A stretch of DNA of 64,000 bases from Anaerolineae bacterium (GTDB lineage Bacteria > Chloroflexota > Anaerolineae > UBA1429): contig JAXGON010000003.1 in NCBI GenBank assembly GCA_040767425.1, forward strand, positions 22,440 through 86,439. Reading direction: 5' to 3'. Shown here piece after piece: positions 9,609 to 18,956 of the stretch. The position numbers and the translations under genes were made by a program. The notes under the pieces were generated by a model. It did no database searches. It was given only the letters and a program-made list of their open reading frames with translations, and was not told the DNA's origin. The stretch's first letter is position 1. Each line of letters begins with the position of its first letter.

Positions 9609-11008
9609 CCGACGCCCGGCAGCAGGGTTCCGAGCGAAACCACTGGACCTCTATGGCGGTGGTGGCCGCGACGCTATTCGCCGCCACCCTGCTGGGGATG
9701 TATCCGCGGCATCTCTACCTGCTGGCCGCGGGGGCCGTGCCGGTAGGGTTGGCACTCCTGTGGCGACCCTATTGGGCGCTGGCGCTCCTGATCATCACGG
9801 CGATGTTGGTCCCGGTAGAGTTCGGCACCGGCACCGCTGTGGCCATCAACGGCGCCGTGATGATGGTACCCGCCGCCCTGGCGGTCTGGATCATCGACAT
9901 GGCGCGGCGCCGTGGCCTGGCTTGGACATCAGCGGCCGCCAACCGCCCCCTGGCGCTGTTCCTGCTCGCCGGAGTCGTCTCTCTGGTCGCTGGCAACATG
10001 TTCTGGGATCCGGCGGTTCCCCGCCCCGCCAACCTGGTCGTGGTACAGTGGGCACAGTGGGGCATGTTCGCCCTGTCTGGTCTCGCTTTTTGGTTGATGG
10101 GCAATATGGTCGAGGACGAGGAGGCCTTGCGGGTCCTCACCTGGCTCTTTTTGGGGATCGGCGGCACCATGGCGCTCCTGCGAACCATCCGCTGGTTCTG
10201 GCCCCTAGGTTGGTCGATCGGCACCATGGGCCTCTACCGCGCGCCCTTTTGGGTGCTGCTGGCCAGCATGGCAGGGGGCCAACTATTTCATAACCGTGAT
10301 CTCAAGGCTGGCCAACGCGCGTTCCTCATCTGTGTACTGGTGGCCGTGCTTTACTATGCGGGGGTCATGGAGCGTCGTTCCACCTCTACCTGGGTGGGAG
10401 TGGCCCTAGCGCTGGGGCTGCTGCTCTGGATGCGTTTCCCCAAGGTGGGGTGGGGAGGACTGGTGCTGCTATTGCTGGCGGCCCCCATGGTGGGAACACT
10501 GATTTATGAGTTCGCGGGCGGGGCCGCCAAGTGGGACGAGAGTGGGGGGTCGCGCCTGGTGCTCATCGGCCGCGTAGTAGGGGTCGCCATGCGCAACCCC
10601 ATCACCGGCTTGGGCCCGGCCTCGTACCGATCCTACGCCGCTGTCGAGCCGCTCGCGTACCAAGGCGCCCTCTGGCTCGACCCGCTGGTCAGTTCGCACA
10701 ACAACTATGCCGACCTATTCGCCCATGTGGGCTTGCTCGGGTTGGGTCTCTTTGCGTGGTTCATCATCGCCCTGGCGCGGCTGAACGCCCGCCTCTGTCG
10801 CACCTACGAGAGCGGCTTTCTACGGGGCTATGTCTGCGGGGTGGCCGCGTCGCTGGGGGCCAGCCTCGTCATCATGCTGCTGGCAGACTGGGTGCTGCCC
10901 TTTGTCTACAACATCGGCTTTGAGGGCTTTCAGGCCAGCGTCCTGCTGTGGTTGTTCTGGGGCGGTCTGGTGGCAATCTCTCAGTGGACCCCAACGGGAG
11001 CGACATGA
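9605..11008 (+). CDS. O-antigen polymerase/ligase (Wzy/WaaL-like) family polytopic membrane protein.
   Basis: 467 aa with about 11-12 predicted TM helices and a Wzy_C-like region (..MERRSTSTWVGVALALGLLLW..). ATGA overlap with the upstream gene. Confidence 0.65.
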   Translation: MTDARQQGSERNHWTSMAVVAATLFAATLLGMYPRHLYLLAAGAVPVGLALLWRPYWALALLIITAMLVPVEFGTGTAVAINGAVMMVPAALAVWIIDMARRRGLAWTSAAANRPLALFLLAGVVSLVAGNMFWDPAVPRPANLVVVQWAQWGMFALSGLAFWLMGNMVEDEEALRVLTWLFLGIGGTMALLRTIRWFWPLGWSIGTMGLYRAPFWVLLASMAGGQLFHNRDLKAGQRAFLICVLVAVLYYAGVMERRSTSTWVGVALALGLLLWMRFPKVGWGGLVLLLLAAPMVGTLIYEFAGGAAKWDESGGSRLVLIGRVVGVAMRNPITGLGPASYRSYAAVEPLAYQGALWLDPLVSSHNNYADLFAHVGLLGLGLFAWFIIALARLNARLCRTYESGFLRGYVCGVAASLGASLVIMLLADWVLPFVYNIGFEGFQASVLLWLFWGGLVAISQWTPTGAT

Positions 11009-11952
11009 CCGATCTATCGATCGTGATCGTCAACTGGAACACGTCGGCCCTGCTTCGGGGCTGCTTGCGGTCCATCTATGGTCAGGCCAGCTCCCCGTCG
11101 CTGGAGGTCTTGGTCGTCGATAACGCCTCGTTGGACGACAGCGTGGCCATGGTCCGCCGCGAGTTTGACCAGGTTCGCCTGATCGAGATATCCACCAACC
11201 TGGGCTTTGCCGCCGGCAACAACCTAGCCTTCCCACTGGCTGAGGGCGCCTTCATACTGCTGCTCAATCCCGATACGGTGCTGACCGATGGCGCCCTTTG
11301 CGCCCTTGTGGACATGGCGCGAACGCACCCGGAGGCCGCCATCATCGGCGCCCAGTTGCTCAACGCCGACGGCAGCCTCCAAACGTCGTGCGGTATCTAT
11401 CCCAGCATCTGGAGCGAGATCCCGCTGGTGAGGAGCCTAGCCGAGGGGCTGGATCGCCTCTCGCTGGGAAGCAACCATCGCGCTGAACCCGACATCCGAT
11501 CCGTCGACTGGGTATCAGGCGCGTGCCTTCTGATCCGGCAGGAGGCCCTCCAGGCCATCGGCCCCCTGGACGAGAGCTACTGGCTCTATACCGAGGAGAC
11601 CGATTGGTGCTATCGAGCCCGCCGAGTCGGCTGGGACGTGCTCTTAGCGCCCAGCGCGCGCGTGTATCACTTGGCCCGCGCCGCCTCGGGCCAGCGCTTT
11701 GTGTTCTCGATGCTGCACTTTTACCAGTCCAGGGTGCGGTTTGCTCACAAGCACTATGGAGCCGCCCATGCCGCCGCGCTGCAACGGCTGTACGGCCTTA
11801 AAGCGCTGATGTGGCAACGTCGGCCCGAGAGTTCGCCGCTCCGCAAGGCCTACGAGAACCTCTCGGACGAACAGATCCGCGCAGCCTACGGCACGTTGCG
11901 CCGCGCTCTGGCCAGTTCGCTGACCACCTATCTGGAGAGCAGTTGGTCATGA
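11005..11952 (+). CDS. Glycosyltransferase family 2 (GT2, GT-A fold).
   Basis: MTDLSIVIVNWNTSALLRGCLRSI..VVDNASLDDS.. is the classic GT2 N-terminus with DxD (LLNPDTV). ATG 11005 overlaps the upstream stop. The upstream 57 codons of the tracked ORF are off-frame overlap. Confidence 0.8.
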   Translation: MTDLSIVIVNWNTSALLRGCLRSIYGQASSPSLEVLVVDNASLDDSVAMVRREFDQVRLIEISTNLGFAAGNNLAFPLAEGAFILLLNPDTVLTDGALCALVDMARTHPEAAIIGAQLLNADGSLQTSCGIYPSIWSEIPLVRSLAEGLDRLSLGSNHRAEPDIRSVDWVSGACLLIRQEALQAIGPLDESYWLYTEETDWCYRARRVGWDVLLAPSARVYHLARAASGQRFVFSMLHFYQSRVRFAHKHYGAAHAAALQRLYGLKALMWQRRPESSPLRKAYENLSDEQIRAAYGTLRRALASSLTTYLESSWS

Positions 11953-13103
11953 TGGCGATAGACTTTCAGGTAGCATCCAGCGTGGACGCGCAAGCGCCCC
12001 ACCCGCTGCCGACCTGGAACGCCACGGTGCAAGCCGCTGGTGAGCTGATTATCCTGGTGGGACCGGAGGATCCCCTCCGGGCCGAGTCGATCGCGGGTGG
12101 CCTCGCCCCGCGCCTCGAGTACCGGATGATCGCCGACCGGTGGGCTGGCAGCCAGGTGCAGCAGTGGCGACCGCCAGCGGCCGGCGTTATCGGCGGCCGG
12201 CTCGCCGGCCTGCTCCACACCCTGCCAAGGAATCTGGCGCTAGCACGGCGGCTGGCGCGCGGGCTTGGGCCCAACAGCGTCGTCTTCTCTACCGGCGAGA
12301 CCTGGGGGCTTCCGCTGGCCCTGATTGCCGCCTTACGACGCCGTCGCCCGTGGGCCCATGTGGTCTACGCCCACCGCCTCTACTCGCCGCGATGGCAGCG
12401 TTTCCTGGCCGCCTCCCATCGGCGCCTGGCGGTGGACGCCTGGATCTGTGCGACCGAGCATCAAGCCAGCCTGCTTCGCCACGTGCTGGGCCGGCCTGAG
12501 GCAGTTCACGTGGTGTCACCCGGAGTCGACACAGCGTTCTTTGCCCCAGCGAGGAACCCGGCACCAGAGCGGCGCTATCTCCTCTCGGTGGGAGCGGAAA
12601 TGCGCAACTACCCGCTGCTGTTTGATGCGGTGCGTGATCTCCCCATCGACGTCATCGTCAAAGCTTCCAGCGCCTGGATGGCGGCATCGCGCGAGGCGCT
12701 GCACGCCGCCCCGGCGAACGTGCAGATCATCACCGAGCGCCTGTCCTATGCCCAGCTGTATGACCTGTACGCCGGCGCGTTCGCCGTGGTGGCACCCGTG
12801 CTGGATACGCCCCAGGCCGCCGGCATCACGACCATCCTGGAGGGCATGGCCATGCAGAAATGCGTGATCGCCACCCGGTCGCGCGGCCTGCCGGACACGC
12901 TCATCCACGGCGAGACCGGCATCGTCTGTGATGCCACGGCCGAGGCGCTGGCAGAGGCGCTCGCGTCGGTGCTGGCATCGCCCAATGTCGAGGCCTTGGC
13001 GCTGGCGGGGCGCCACGCCGTGTGCCGCGCAGCGTCCATCGAAGAGCATGCGTGCCGGGTCACCAGCATCCTGGCCCAAACGCTCGCGAGTAGAGTGCCG
13101 TGA
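11949..13103 (+). CDS. GT4-like glycosyltransferase (GT-B fold).
   Basis: ATG 11949 (MMAIDFQ..) overlaps the upstream stop (ATGA). The C-terminal domain has ..GITTILEGMAMQKCVIATRSRGLPDTLIHGETGIV.., typical of GT4 donor-binding domains. The N-terminal domain is divergent. Confidence 0.65.
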   Translation: MMAIDFQVASSVDAQAPHPLPTWNATVQAAGELIILVGPEDPLRAESIAGGLAPRLEYRMIADRWAGSQVQQWRPPAAGVIGGRLAGLLHTLPRNLALARRLARGLGPNSVVFSTGETWGLPLALIAALRRRRPWAHVVYAHRLYSPRWQRFLAASHRRLAVDAWICATEHQASLLRHVLGRPEAVHVVSPGVDTAFFAPARNPAPERRYLLSVGAEMRNYPLLFDAVRDLPIDVIVKASSAWMAASREALHAAPANVQIITERLSYAQLYDLYAGAFAVVAPVLDTPQAAGITTILEGMAMQKCVIATRSRGLPDTLIHGETGIVCDATAEALAEALASVLASPNVEALALAGRHAVCRAASIEEHACRVTSILAQTLASRVP

Positions 13104-13178
13104 CCAAACCAGCCGACGTGGCCAAGCGTATCGCGTCGGGCGGGATAGCCCGATAGATCCGCAGGAGGGATCGAACCC

Positions 13179-14276
13179 GTGCGTATCTGTTACGCCCTGC
13201 TCTCGCCGACCTTTGGCATGCACCAGTACACCGCTGATCTGGCGGCTACGCTGGGGCGAGCGGGGCATACGGTCCAACTGGCGACTACCGACCGCTATCC
13301 GCATGATCGTTACGATCCCGCCATGGCGGTCATCTGCCCATCATCGGCACAGGACACGGGCTACTCGCTCGACGCCGCCCGGCCCGGGGCGTGCGCGCAG
13401 ATCGTCCGCTCCATCGAGGCGCTACAGCCCGAAGTGGTCCACCTTACCGGCCCCCACGTCTGGAACGTTGGCGTGATGCGAGGCTTGGCGCGCCGGGGCA
13501 TTCCCGTCGTTCACACCCTGCACGACCTGGACCCCCACGCCGGCGGGGCCTATGGCCGATTGGTGCACCAGTGGAACCGCGCGGTGCTGCGCTGGTCCGA
13601 CCAGATCCTGGTCCACGGGCGCTGTTACCGCCAGCGCCTTTTGCAGGAGGGCATGGCACCGGAGCGGGTCTGCTACACGCCGCTGCTGCATCTCTTTGTC
13701 GGTCACCACAGCCTGCCAGAGGCTGGTGCCAAGGCCGACGCACCTCTCTACGAGCCCTTTCTCCTCTTCTTTGGTCGCATCGAGCCCTACAAGGGCCTCG
13801 ACCATCTGCTGGCCGCCTGGCAACGGGCGGACGTGGCCGACGCCACGCTGATGATCGCTGGGCCTGGAGAGCTGGCCCGCTGTTGGAGCGAGCCGCTCCC
13901 TCCCCGCGTCGAGCTCCGCAACCACCTGATCGGCGACGCCGAGGCGATCGAGCTATTCCAACGGTGCAGTGCCGTCGTCTTGCCCTACACCCGCGCCAGC
14001 CAGTCGGCGCTGGTGGCTGCAGCCTACCATTTTCAGAAGCCGGTGCTAGTCTCAACGTCGGGCGCCTTGCCCGAGTATGTCGAATCTGGCGAGACGGGCT
14101 GGCTGGTCGACCCTCACGACGAGCCTGCCCTCACCGAGGCCCTACGTCAGGCCCTGGAGGATCCGGCTCGGTTGCGACGCATGGGAGCGGCCGGCCGTAG
14201 GTGGTACGAGGAGCAGCGCCAGCGCGAAAGAACGGACCTGGAAGCCATGTACCGACGGGTGGTGGGCAGTGATTGA
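13179..14276 (+). CDS. Glycosyltransferase family 4 (GT4).
   Basis: GTG start 11 nt downstream of AGGAGG (13163-13168). MRICYALLSPTFGMHQYT..; C-terminal ..EPYKGLDHLL..LMIAGPGE..GETGWLVDPHDEPALTEAL.. is the GT4 signature. Confidence 0.8.
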   Translation: MRICYALLSPTFGMHQYTADLAATLGRAGHTVQLATTDRYPHDRYDPAMAVICPSSAQDTGYSLDAARPGACAQIVRSIEALQPEVVHLTGPHVWNVGVMRGLARRGIPVVHTLHDLDPHAGGAYGRLVHQWNRAVLRWSDQILVHGRCYRQRLLQEGMAPERVCYTPLLHLFVGHHSLPEAGAKADAPLYEPFLLFFGRIEPYKGLDHLLAAWQRADVADATLMIAGPGELARCWSEPLPPRVELRNHLIGDAEAIELFQRCSAVVLPYTRASQSALVAAAYHFQKPVLVSTSGALPEYVESGETGWLVDPHDEPALTEALRQALEDPARLRRMGAAGRRWYEEQRQRERTDLEAMYRRVVGSD

Positions 14277-14381
14277 TGCGAAGGCCGTCGGGCATGGTAA
14301 CCGGGGCGCGACCGCGGAGACCGGCGTGCCGTTGCCTGCCATCGCCTCTGCTGATCCACCACCGATGAGGATGGACTGGCC

Positions 14382-15629
14382 ATGGTAGCATTGGTACCGC
14401 TCCACAACTCGGCGATCCTGCTGGCGGCCATATTGCTGGCGCTTGTAGAGGCAGCCGCCATCGCCAGCCTGCTCTACCACGGCGTCCTGCTCATTGCCGG
14501 GGCAGCGCATCCTCGGCGGCCTGTCGGCCAGAGTGGCGGCACGCCGCATCTGGCGGTGGTCGTCCCCGCCCACAACGAAGAGACGGTCATCGCAGCGACG
14601 ATGGCCGCCGCTCGGTCGCAGCAGTACCCCCCGGATCGGATCGACGTCTATGTCGTCGCCGACTATTGCTCCGACGCCACGGCAGCGCGGGCCCGCCAGT
14701 CTGGCGCCACCTGCCTGGAGCGCAACGATGGGCCGCGTGGACGCAAGGCCTATGCGCTCCAGTGGGGGTTGGCGGAGCTTCTGGCCAGTGAGCCCACCTT
14801 GGATGCCTTTGTGGTGATCGACGCCGACAGTCAGCTCGAGCCCACCTTTGCAGCCACCATGGCCTCGCACCTCCAATCTGGACAGCCGGTGCTGCAGGGC
14901 CAACACCGAATCGCCAACCCTCGGGACAGCGCGTTCACGGGGCTGGCCGATGTGGATATGCGCATCAACAACCTGCTCCGAAACCAGGCCAAGGGCGCCC
15001 TTGGCCTCTCGGGCCGCCTCATGGGCGACGCCATGTGCTTTGCCAGAGAGATCATCGAAGCGTTCGGTTGGCCGACGGAGACCATCACGGAGGATCGCGA
15101 GTTCGGCCTCTTCCTGGGGCTGCGAGGTATTCGCACCGTCTATGTGCCCGACGCGATCTCGCGGGGGCAGGCAGCCGGACGTTGGCAGGACGCCTCCAAG
15201 CAGCGGATGCGATGGTACGCGGGCATGCGCCAGGTGCGCCTCGCCCGGCTGGGGACGCTCTGGAGAGCCGCGTGGCGGGGAAATCCGGTGGCCCTGGATG
15301 GCCTCCTGGAGCTGGCGCTGCCTTCGATCTCGCTTTCCACGCTGTTTTCGGTGGTCGCGGCGGCCATCCAGGTGGCGTTTCCCGCCTGGCCGTGGCTCCT
15401 GCCGACCGAGCTGGTCCTGGTTGTCAGCGCGCTCTGGATCCTGTTCCCAATAGCGGCCCTCCTGGCTGCGAGGGCACCCTGGGCCAGCTTTCGCGCCCTC
15501 CTTTGGGGGCCGATCTACCTGGTCTGGCGGGTATGGATCGGCCTGCGAGCGCGCCTGGGCCGCAGCAAGGGAGAGTGGGTTCGGACGCGAAGACGAGAGG
15601 AAGCCCAAGGGGGGATTGGTGAGAGCTGA
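14382..15629 (+). CDS. Membrane-embedded processive-type GT2 glycosyltransferase (cellulose-synthase/PgaC-like).
   Basis: N-terminal TM; ..LAVVVPAHNEETVI..; DAD motif (VIDADSQ); Q-R-M-R-W (QxxRW) motif, then 4-5 C-terminal TM helices. Confidence 0.75.
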   Translation: MVALVPLHNSAILLAAILLALVEAAAIASLLYHGVLLIAGAAHPRRPVGQSGGTPHLAVVVPAHNEETVIAATMAAARSQQYPPDRIDVYVVADYCSDATAARARQSGATCLERNDGPRGRKAYALQWGLAELLASEPTLDAFVVIDADSQLEPTFAATMASHLQSGQPVLQGQHRIANPRDSAFTGLADVDMRINNLLRNQAKGALGLSGRLMGDAMCFAREIIEAFGWPTETITEDREFGLFLGLRGIRTVYVPDAISRGQAAGRWQDASKQRMRWYAGMRQVRLARLGTLWRAAWRGNPVALDGLLELALPSISLSTLFSVVAAAIQVAFPAWPWLLPTELVLVVSALWILFPIAALLAARAPWASFRALLWGPIYLVWRVWIGLRARLGRSKGEWVRTRRREEAQGGIGES

Positions 15630-16977
15630 CGGCGCGACCAGATCGAACATACACGAAAGCGACAGAGACCACGCCACCGAGCGTCGCTGGCTCTGGATCG
15701 TGCTCGCCCTCTCCGTGCTGGCTCGCGTGGCCGTCGCGCTCTACCTGGGCAACGTCGTGGACGCCCCGCCGCTCCTCACAGACCAGCGATCCTACCACGC
15801 CCTGGGCGAACGCCTGGTAGGGGGGCACGGCTTTAGCTTTGACCGTGACTGGTATCCCTTTACGCTGGCCGAAACCCCCACGGCTCACTGGTCGTTCCTC
15901 TACTCGCTCTTTGTGGCCGCGGTCTATGCACTTTTCGGTGTGCATCCCATCGCCGTTCGCCTCGTGCAAGCCGTCTTGGGAGGGCTTCTAGTCCCTTGGA
16001 TGGTCTACCGTCTAGCCCAGCAGGTCTTTGTCGGGCGCAAGTGGACTCCACTCTGGGCCGCAGCCATCGCCGCCGGTTACGCGTACCTAGTGCTCTATGC
16101 CGCCACGCTGATGACCGAGACCTTTTACATCGTGCTGTTGTTGTGGTCGCTCAACCTTGGCATGGATATCGGGGCAGCGCTTCATGGGGCGGTGCCGGTC
16201 TCGTCGCGGCGGTGGTTGGGCCTAGGCCTGGTGTTGGGCCTGGCGACGCTGATGCGTCAGTCGATCCTGCCATGGCTGCCATTCTTCTTTCTCTGGCTGC
16301 TTTGGCAGGGCCGCGTTGGGCGTCAAATCAAGCCGGCCCTGCGAGGCCTGGTACTCTCCGGCCTGATGGTGTTCGCCTTGGTGCTGCCGTGGACGGTACG
16401 TAACTATGCGGTCTACGGACGCTTTCTTCTGCTAAACTCGAACACCGGCTATGCCATGTACTCGGCCCAACACCCCATGCACGGCACCCGCTTTTCCGAG
16501 TTTGCGGCGGCGCCGCTGCCCGAGGGGTTCACCTGGGGCAACGAGGCCGCCATGGATCGAGAACTGCTGCGGCTGGGCATTCAGTATGTCCTGGCCGAGC
16601 CCGGCCGCTATTTCTTGCTATGCCTCAGCCGAATCCGAGCCTTTGTCGAATTCTGGCCCAGCGCCGAGACAAGCGCCTTGCATAATGTGGGACGGGTTGT
16701 TTCATTTGGTCTAGCTATGCCCTTTATGGTCTATGGTCTGATACTGGGACAGAAAAGGGGCATCCTGCGCCCCAGCGCTTGCCTGGTTGTTTTCTTTGTA
16801 CTAGTGTATTCGGTGATGCACATCATGACCTGGGCGATGGTCCGTTATCGCCTGCCGGTCGATGCGACGCTGCTTCCCCTAGCTGCGTTGGGCGCCGAGA
16901 ACATGTGCGCCCGTGCACAGCTGATGCTGGCCCGCCGAGGCGTGCTCCACGTGAACCTACCCTGCGAGGTGGCCTAG
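15616..16977 (+). CDS. GT39/ArnT-PMT_2-like glycosyltransferase (dolichyl/undecaprenyl-phosphate-sugar dependent), polytopic membrane protein.
   Basis: 453 aa with about 11 TM helices. N-terminal loop ..DQRSYHALGERLVGGHGFSF.. resembles the PMT_2/ArnT DE-motif region. Overlaps the upstream gene by 14 nt; the true start may be an internal codon. Confidence 0.6.
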   Translation: MVRADGATRSNIHESDRDHATERRWLWIVLALSVLARVAVALYLGNVVDAPPLLTDQRSYHALGERLVGGHGFSFDRDWYPFTLAETPTAHWSFLYSLFVAAVYALFGVHPIAVRLVQAVLGGLLVPWMVYRLAQQVFVGRKWTPLWAAAIAAGYAYLVLYAATLMTETFYIVLLLWSLNLGMDIGAALHGAVPVSSRRWLGLGLVLGLATLMRQSILPWLPFFFLWLLWQGRVGRQIKPALRGLVLSGLMVFALVLPWTVRNYAVYGRFLLLNSNTGYAMYSAQHPMHGTRFSEFAAAPLPEGFTWGNEAAMDRELLRLGIQYVLAEPGRYFLLCLSRIRAFVEFWPSAETSALHNVGRVVSFGLAMPFMVYGLILGQKRGILRPSACLVVFFVLVYSVMHIMTWAMVRYRLPVDATLLPLAALGAENMCARAQLMLARRGVLHVNLPCEVA

Positions 16978-17058
16978 GACCCCAGACCGAGACCCGAGCG
17001 AGGTGGAAGATGGCGAGCCAGCCCGGCCAATGGCTCACAAAGCGATAGGGTGGTCGTA

Positions 17059-18891
17059 ATGGATCAGTCGAGGTTGCACCAGTATTTGCGCATCATCAAA
17101 CGGTGGTGGTGGCTGGCCGTCGCCAGCATGCTCATCGCCGGCGTCTCCAGCTATCTGGGACTGCAGCGGACGCCCCGCACCTACCAATCGACCACCACGG
17201 TGATGGTCGGCCAGAGCCTGGAGACGCTCAGCCCTACCGGCTCGGATCTGGCCATCGGTCAGCAGCTCACCCACACCTACGCCCAGCTGGTCCGACGTGA
17301 GTCGCTGCTCGCAGCGGCCGCAGCGCAACTGGGGCTGGACGCGCCTCCGTCGCCGGAATCGGTCACGGCCCAGCAGGTAGCGGGCACCCAGCTCCTCGAG
17401 ATCAGCGTCCTGGATACCAGCCCCGAGCGGGCTCGCGCTCTAGCTGACGCCATCGCCCAGCAACTGATCCTCCTGACGCCGGCGGCACGCGAGATCACCG
17501 AGCGCGAGGCGTTTGTGCAAGAGCAGCTGGACGATCTGGAAGCCAAAATCGCCGCCACGCGCGACGAGATGGAGCAGGAACGCGCCAAGTTCGAGGCCGC
17601 CAGCAGCGCTAGCGCCGTGCAACAGCATCAAGCCAATATCGACGCCCTCCAGCAGCAGCTCGCCTACTATCAGACCTCGTACGCCTCGCTGCTGGCTAAT
17701 ACCCAGCAGGCCACCAACCGCGTGTCGGTCGTCGAGCCAGCTACCCTGCCCACGCGCCCCGTAAGCCCCAACGTGATGAGCAGCATGACGCTGGCCATGG
17801 CCATCGGCCTGGCGCTGGCTGTCAGCGGCGCCCTGGTCACCGAACTCCTCGACGGTCGGATCCGATCCGCTGAGGAGGCGGTGCGCTACGCGGGGCTACC
17901 GCTCTTTGCCAGCATCCCGCCTCTCGACCACGTCCAGGAGCTTGGCGGGCTGGTAACCGCCTACGCGCCCCGCTCGCCAGCTGCCGAGTCCTTCCGCCTG
18001 CTGGGCACCCGCATCGCTCTCGAGTCGGGCGACGGCGCCCTCACCACCGTCATGTTCGTCAGCCCGGGCCCAGGCGAGGGCAAGAGCCTGGCGGTCGCCA
18101 ACGTAGGCGTGGCCTTTGCCGAGGCGGGACGCGAAGTGCTGATTGTGGATTCGGACCTGCGGCGGCCGTCTCAGCACGGCCTCTTTGGGCTCGACAACGA
18201 GCTAGGTCTGGCGGACCTGCTGCGCGACCCGCACGCCGACCTGTCGCGGCTGATTCAGGCCACCCGGGTGCCGCGCCTCTCGCTGATGGCAGCCGGAGAG
18301 ACGGCCTCCAGCCCTGGCAGCCCCCTGGCCATGGAAAACCTCAACGGCGAGGTCAAGGCTCTCCTGCAAGAGGCATACAAGGATCCCTATGGCCTACTGG
18401 CTTCGGAGCACCTGGACGCCGCTCTCCAGCGGCTACAGGAGCGCTATCGCCTGGTGCTCTTTGATAGCCCGCCGTCATCGATCTTTCCTGATGCGGCCAT
18501 TCTGGCTGCGCGGGTCGACGCGGTCCTCATGATGGCAGACGTCACCGTCACGCAGCGTGCTCTCCTCGCTGAGGTGGCCGAGCAGTTGCGCCACAGCGGC
18601 GCCCACCTCCTCGGCTTGGTATTGAACCGCTCGCGCGAGGGCGACGCGTCGTCACGACAGGCCTACTATCGCTACTATTACGACAGCGAGGGGCACCGTC
18701 AGCGCCGTCGAGCTGAGAGGAGCGATATGCCCAGGGATGCGCTCTCGGGTCCGGATGGCCTGATGGGAAAGCTTCAGGCCTGGCGCACCCGGGGCATGGG
18801 CCAGACGCGGCCTGCGACCCACCCGACGGCACCGGTACCGCCAGAAGGGCCCGAGGACGAGGCCCACCAAGCCGAGCAGAACGCCAGCTAG
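17059..18891 (+). CDS. Polysaccharide co-polymerase (Wzz/Wzc-like, PCP-2) fused to a BY-kinase (tyrosine autokinase) domain.
   Basis: N-terminal TM (WWWLAVASMLIAGV), coiled-coil periplasmic region, second TM, then Walker A VSPGPGEGKS, a Walker B-like region and a C-terminal Tyr cluster YYRYYYDSEG. ATG 17059 follows AGGGTGG. Confidence 0.8.
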   Translation: MDQSRLHQYLRIIKRWWWLAVASMLIAGVSSYLGLQRTPRTYQSTTTVMVGQSLETLSPTGSDLAIGQQLTHTYAQLVRRESLLAAAAAQLGLDAPPSPESVTAQQVAGTQLLEISVLDTSPERARALADAIAQQLILLTPAAREITEREAFVQEQLDDLEAKIAATRDEMEQERAKFEAASSASAVQQHQANIDALQQQLAYYQTSYASLLANTQQATNRVSVVEPATLPTRPVSPNVMSSMTLAMAIGLALAVSGALVTELLDGRIRSAEEAVRYAGLPLFASIPPLDHVQELGGLVTAYAPRSPAAESFRLLGTRIALESGDGALTTVMFVSPGPGEGKSLAVANVGVAFAEAGREVLIVDSDLRRPSQHGLFGLDNELGLADLLRDPHADLSRLIQATRVPRLSLMAAGETASSPGSPLAMENLNGEVKALLQEAYKDPYGLLASEHLDAALQRLQERYRLVLFDSPPSSIFPDAAILAARVDAVLMMADVTVTQRALLAEVAEQLRHSGAHLLGLVLNRSREGDASSRQAYYRYYYDSEGHRQRRRAERSDMPRDALSGPDGLMGKLQAWRTRGMGQTRPATHPTAPVPPEGPEDEAHQAEQNAS

Positions 18892-18905
18892 ACCCCCATA
18901 AAGAC

Positions 18906-18940
18906 GGCGGTCGGCACGACGGAGGGTCGCGCCGACCGCC
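18906..18940. terminator. Perfect 10-bp inverted repeat between convergent genes (candidate bidirectional terminator).
   Basis: GGCGGTCGGC (18906-18915) / GCCGACCGCC (18931-18940) with a 15-nt loop, between the 18891 (+) and 18957 (-) gene ends. Confidence 0.45.
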
Positions 18941-18956
18941 ATCAAACGCTACGGAG

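Noticed and set aside
13167-13178. tRNA T-arm-like GGGATCGAACCC (reverse complement of GGGTTCGATCCC)
   Set aside because: No acceptor, D or anticodon stems can be drawn. The sequence is part of the RBS/start region of the GT4 gene at 13179.
14142-15677. 511-aa minus-strand ORF antisense to the processive GT2 gene
   Set aside because: Arg/Gly/Pro-rich with no domain-like sequence, fully antisense to a well-supported CDS.
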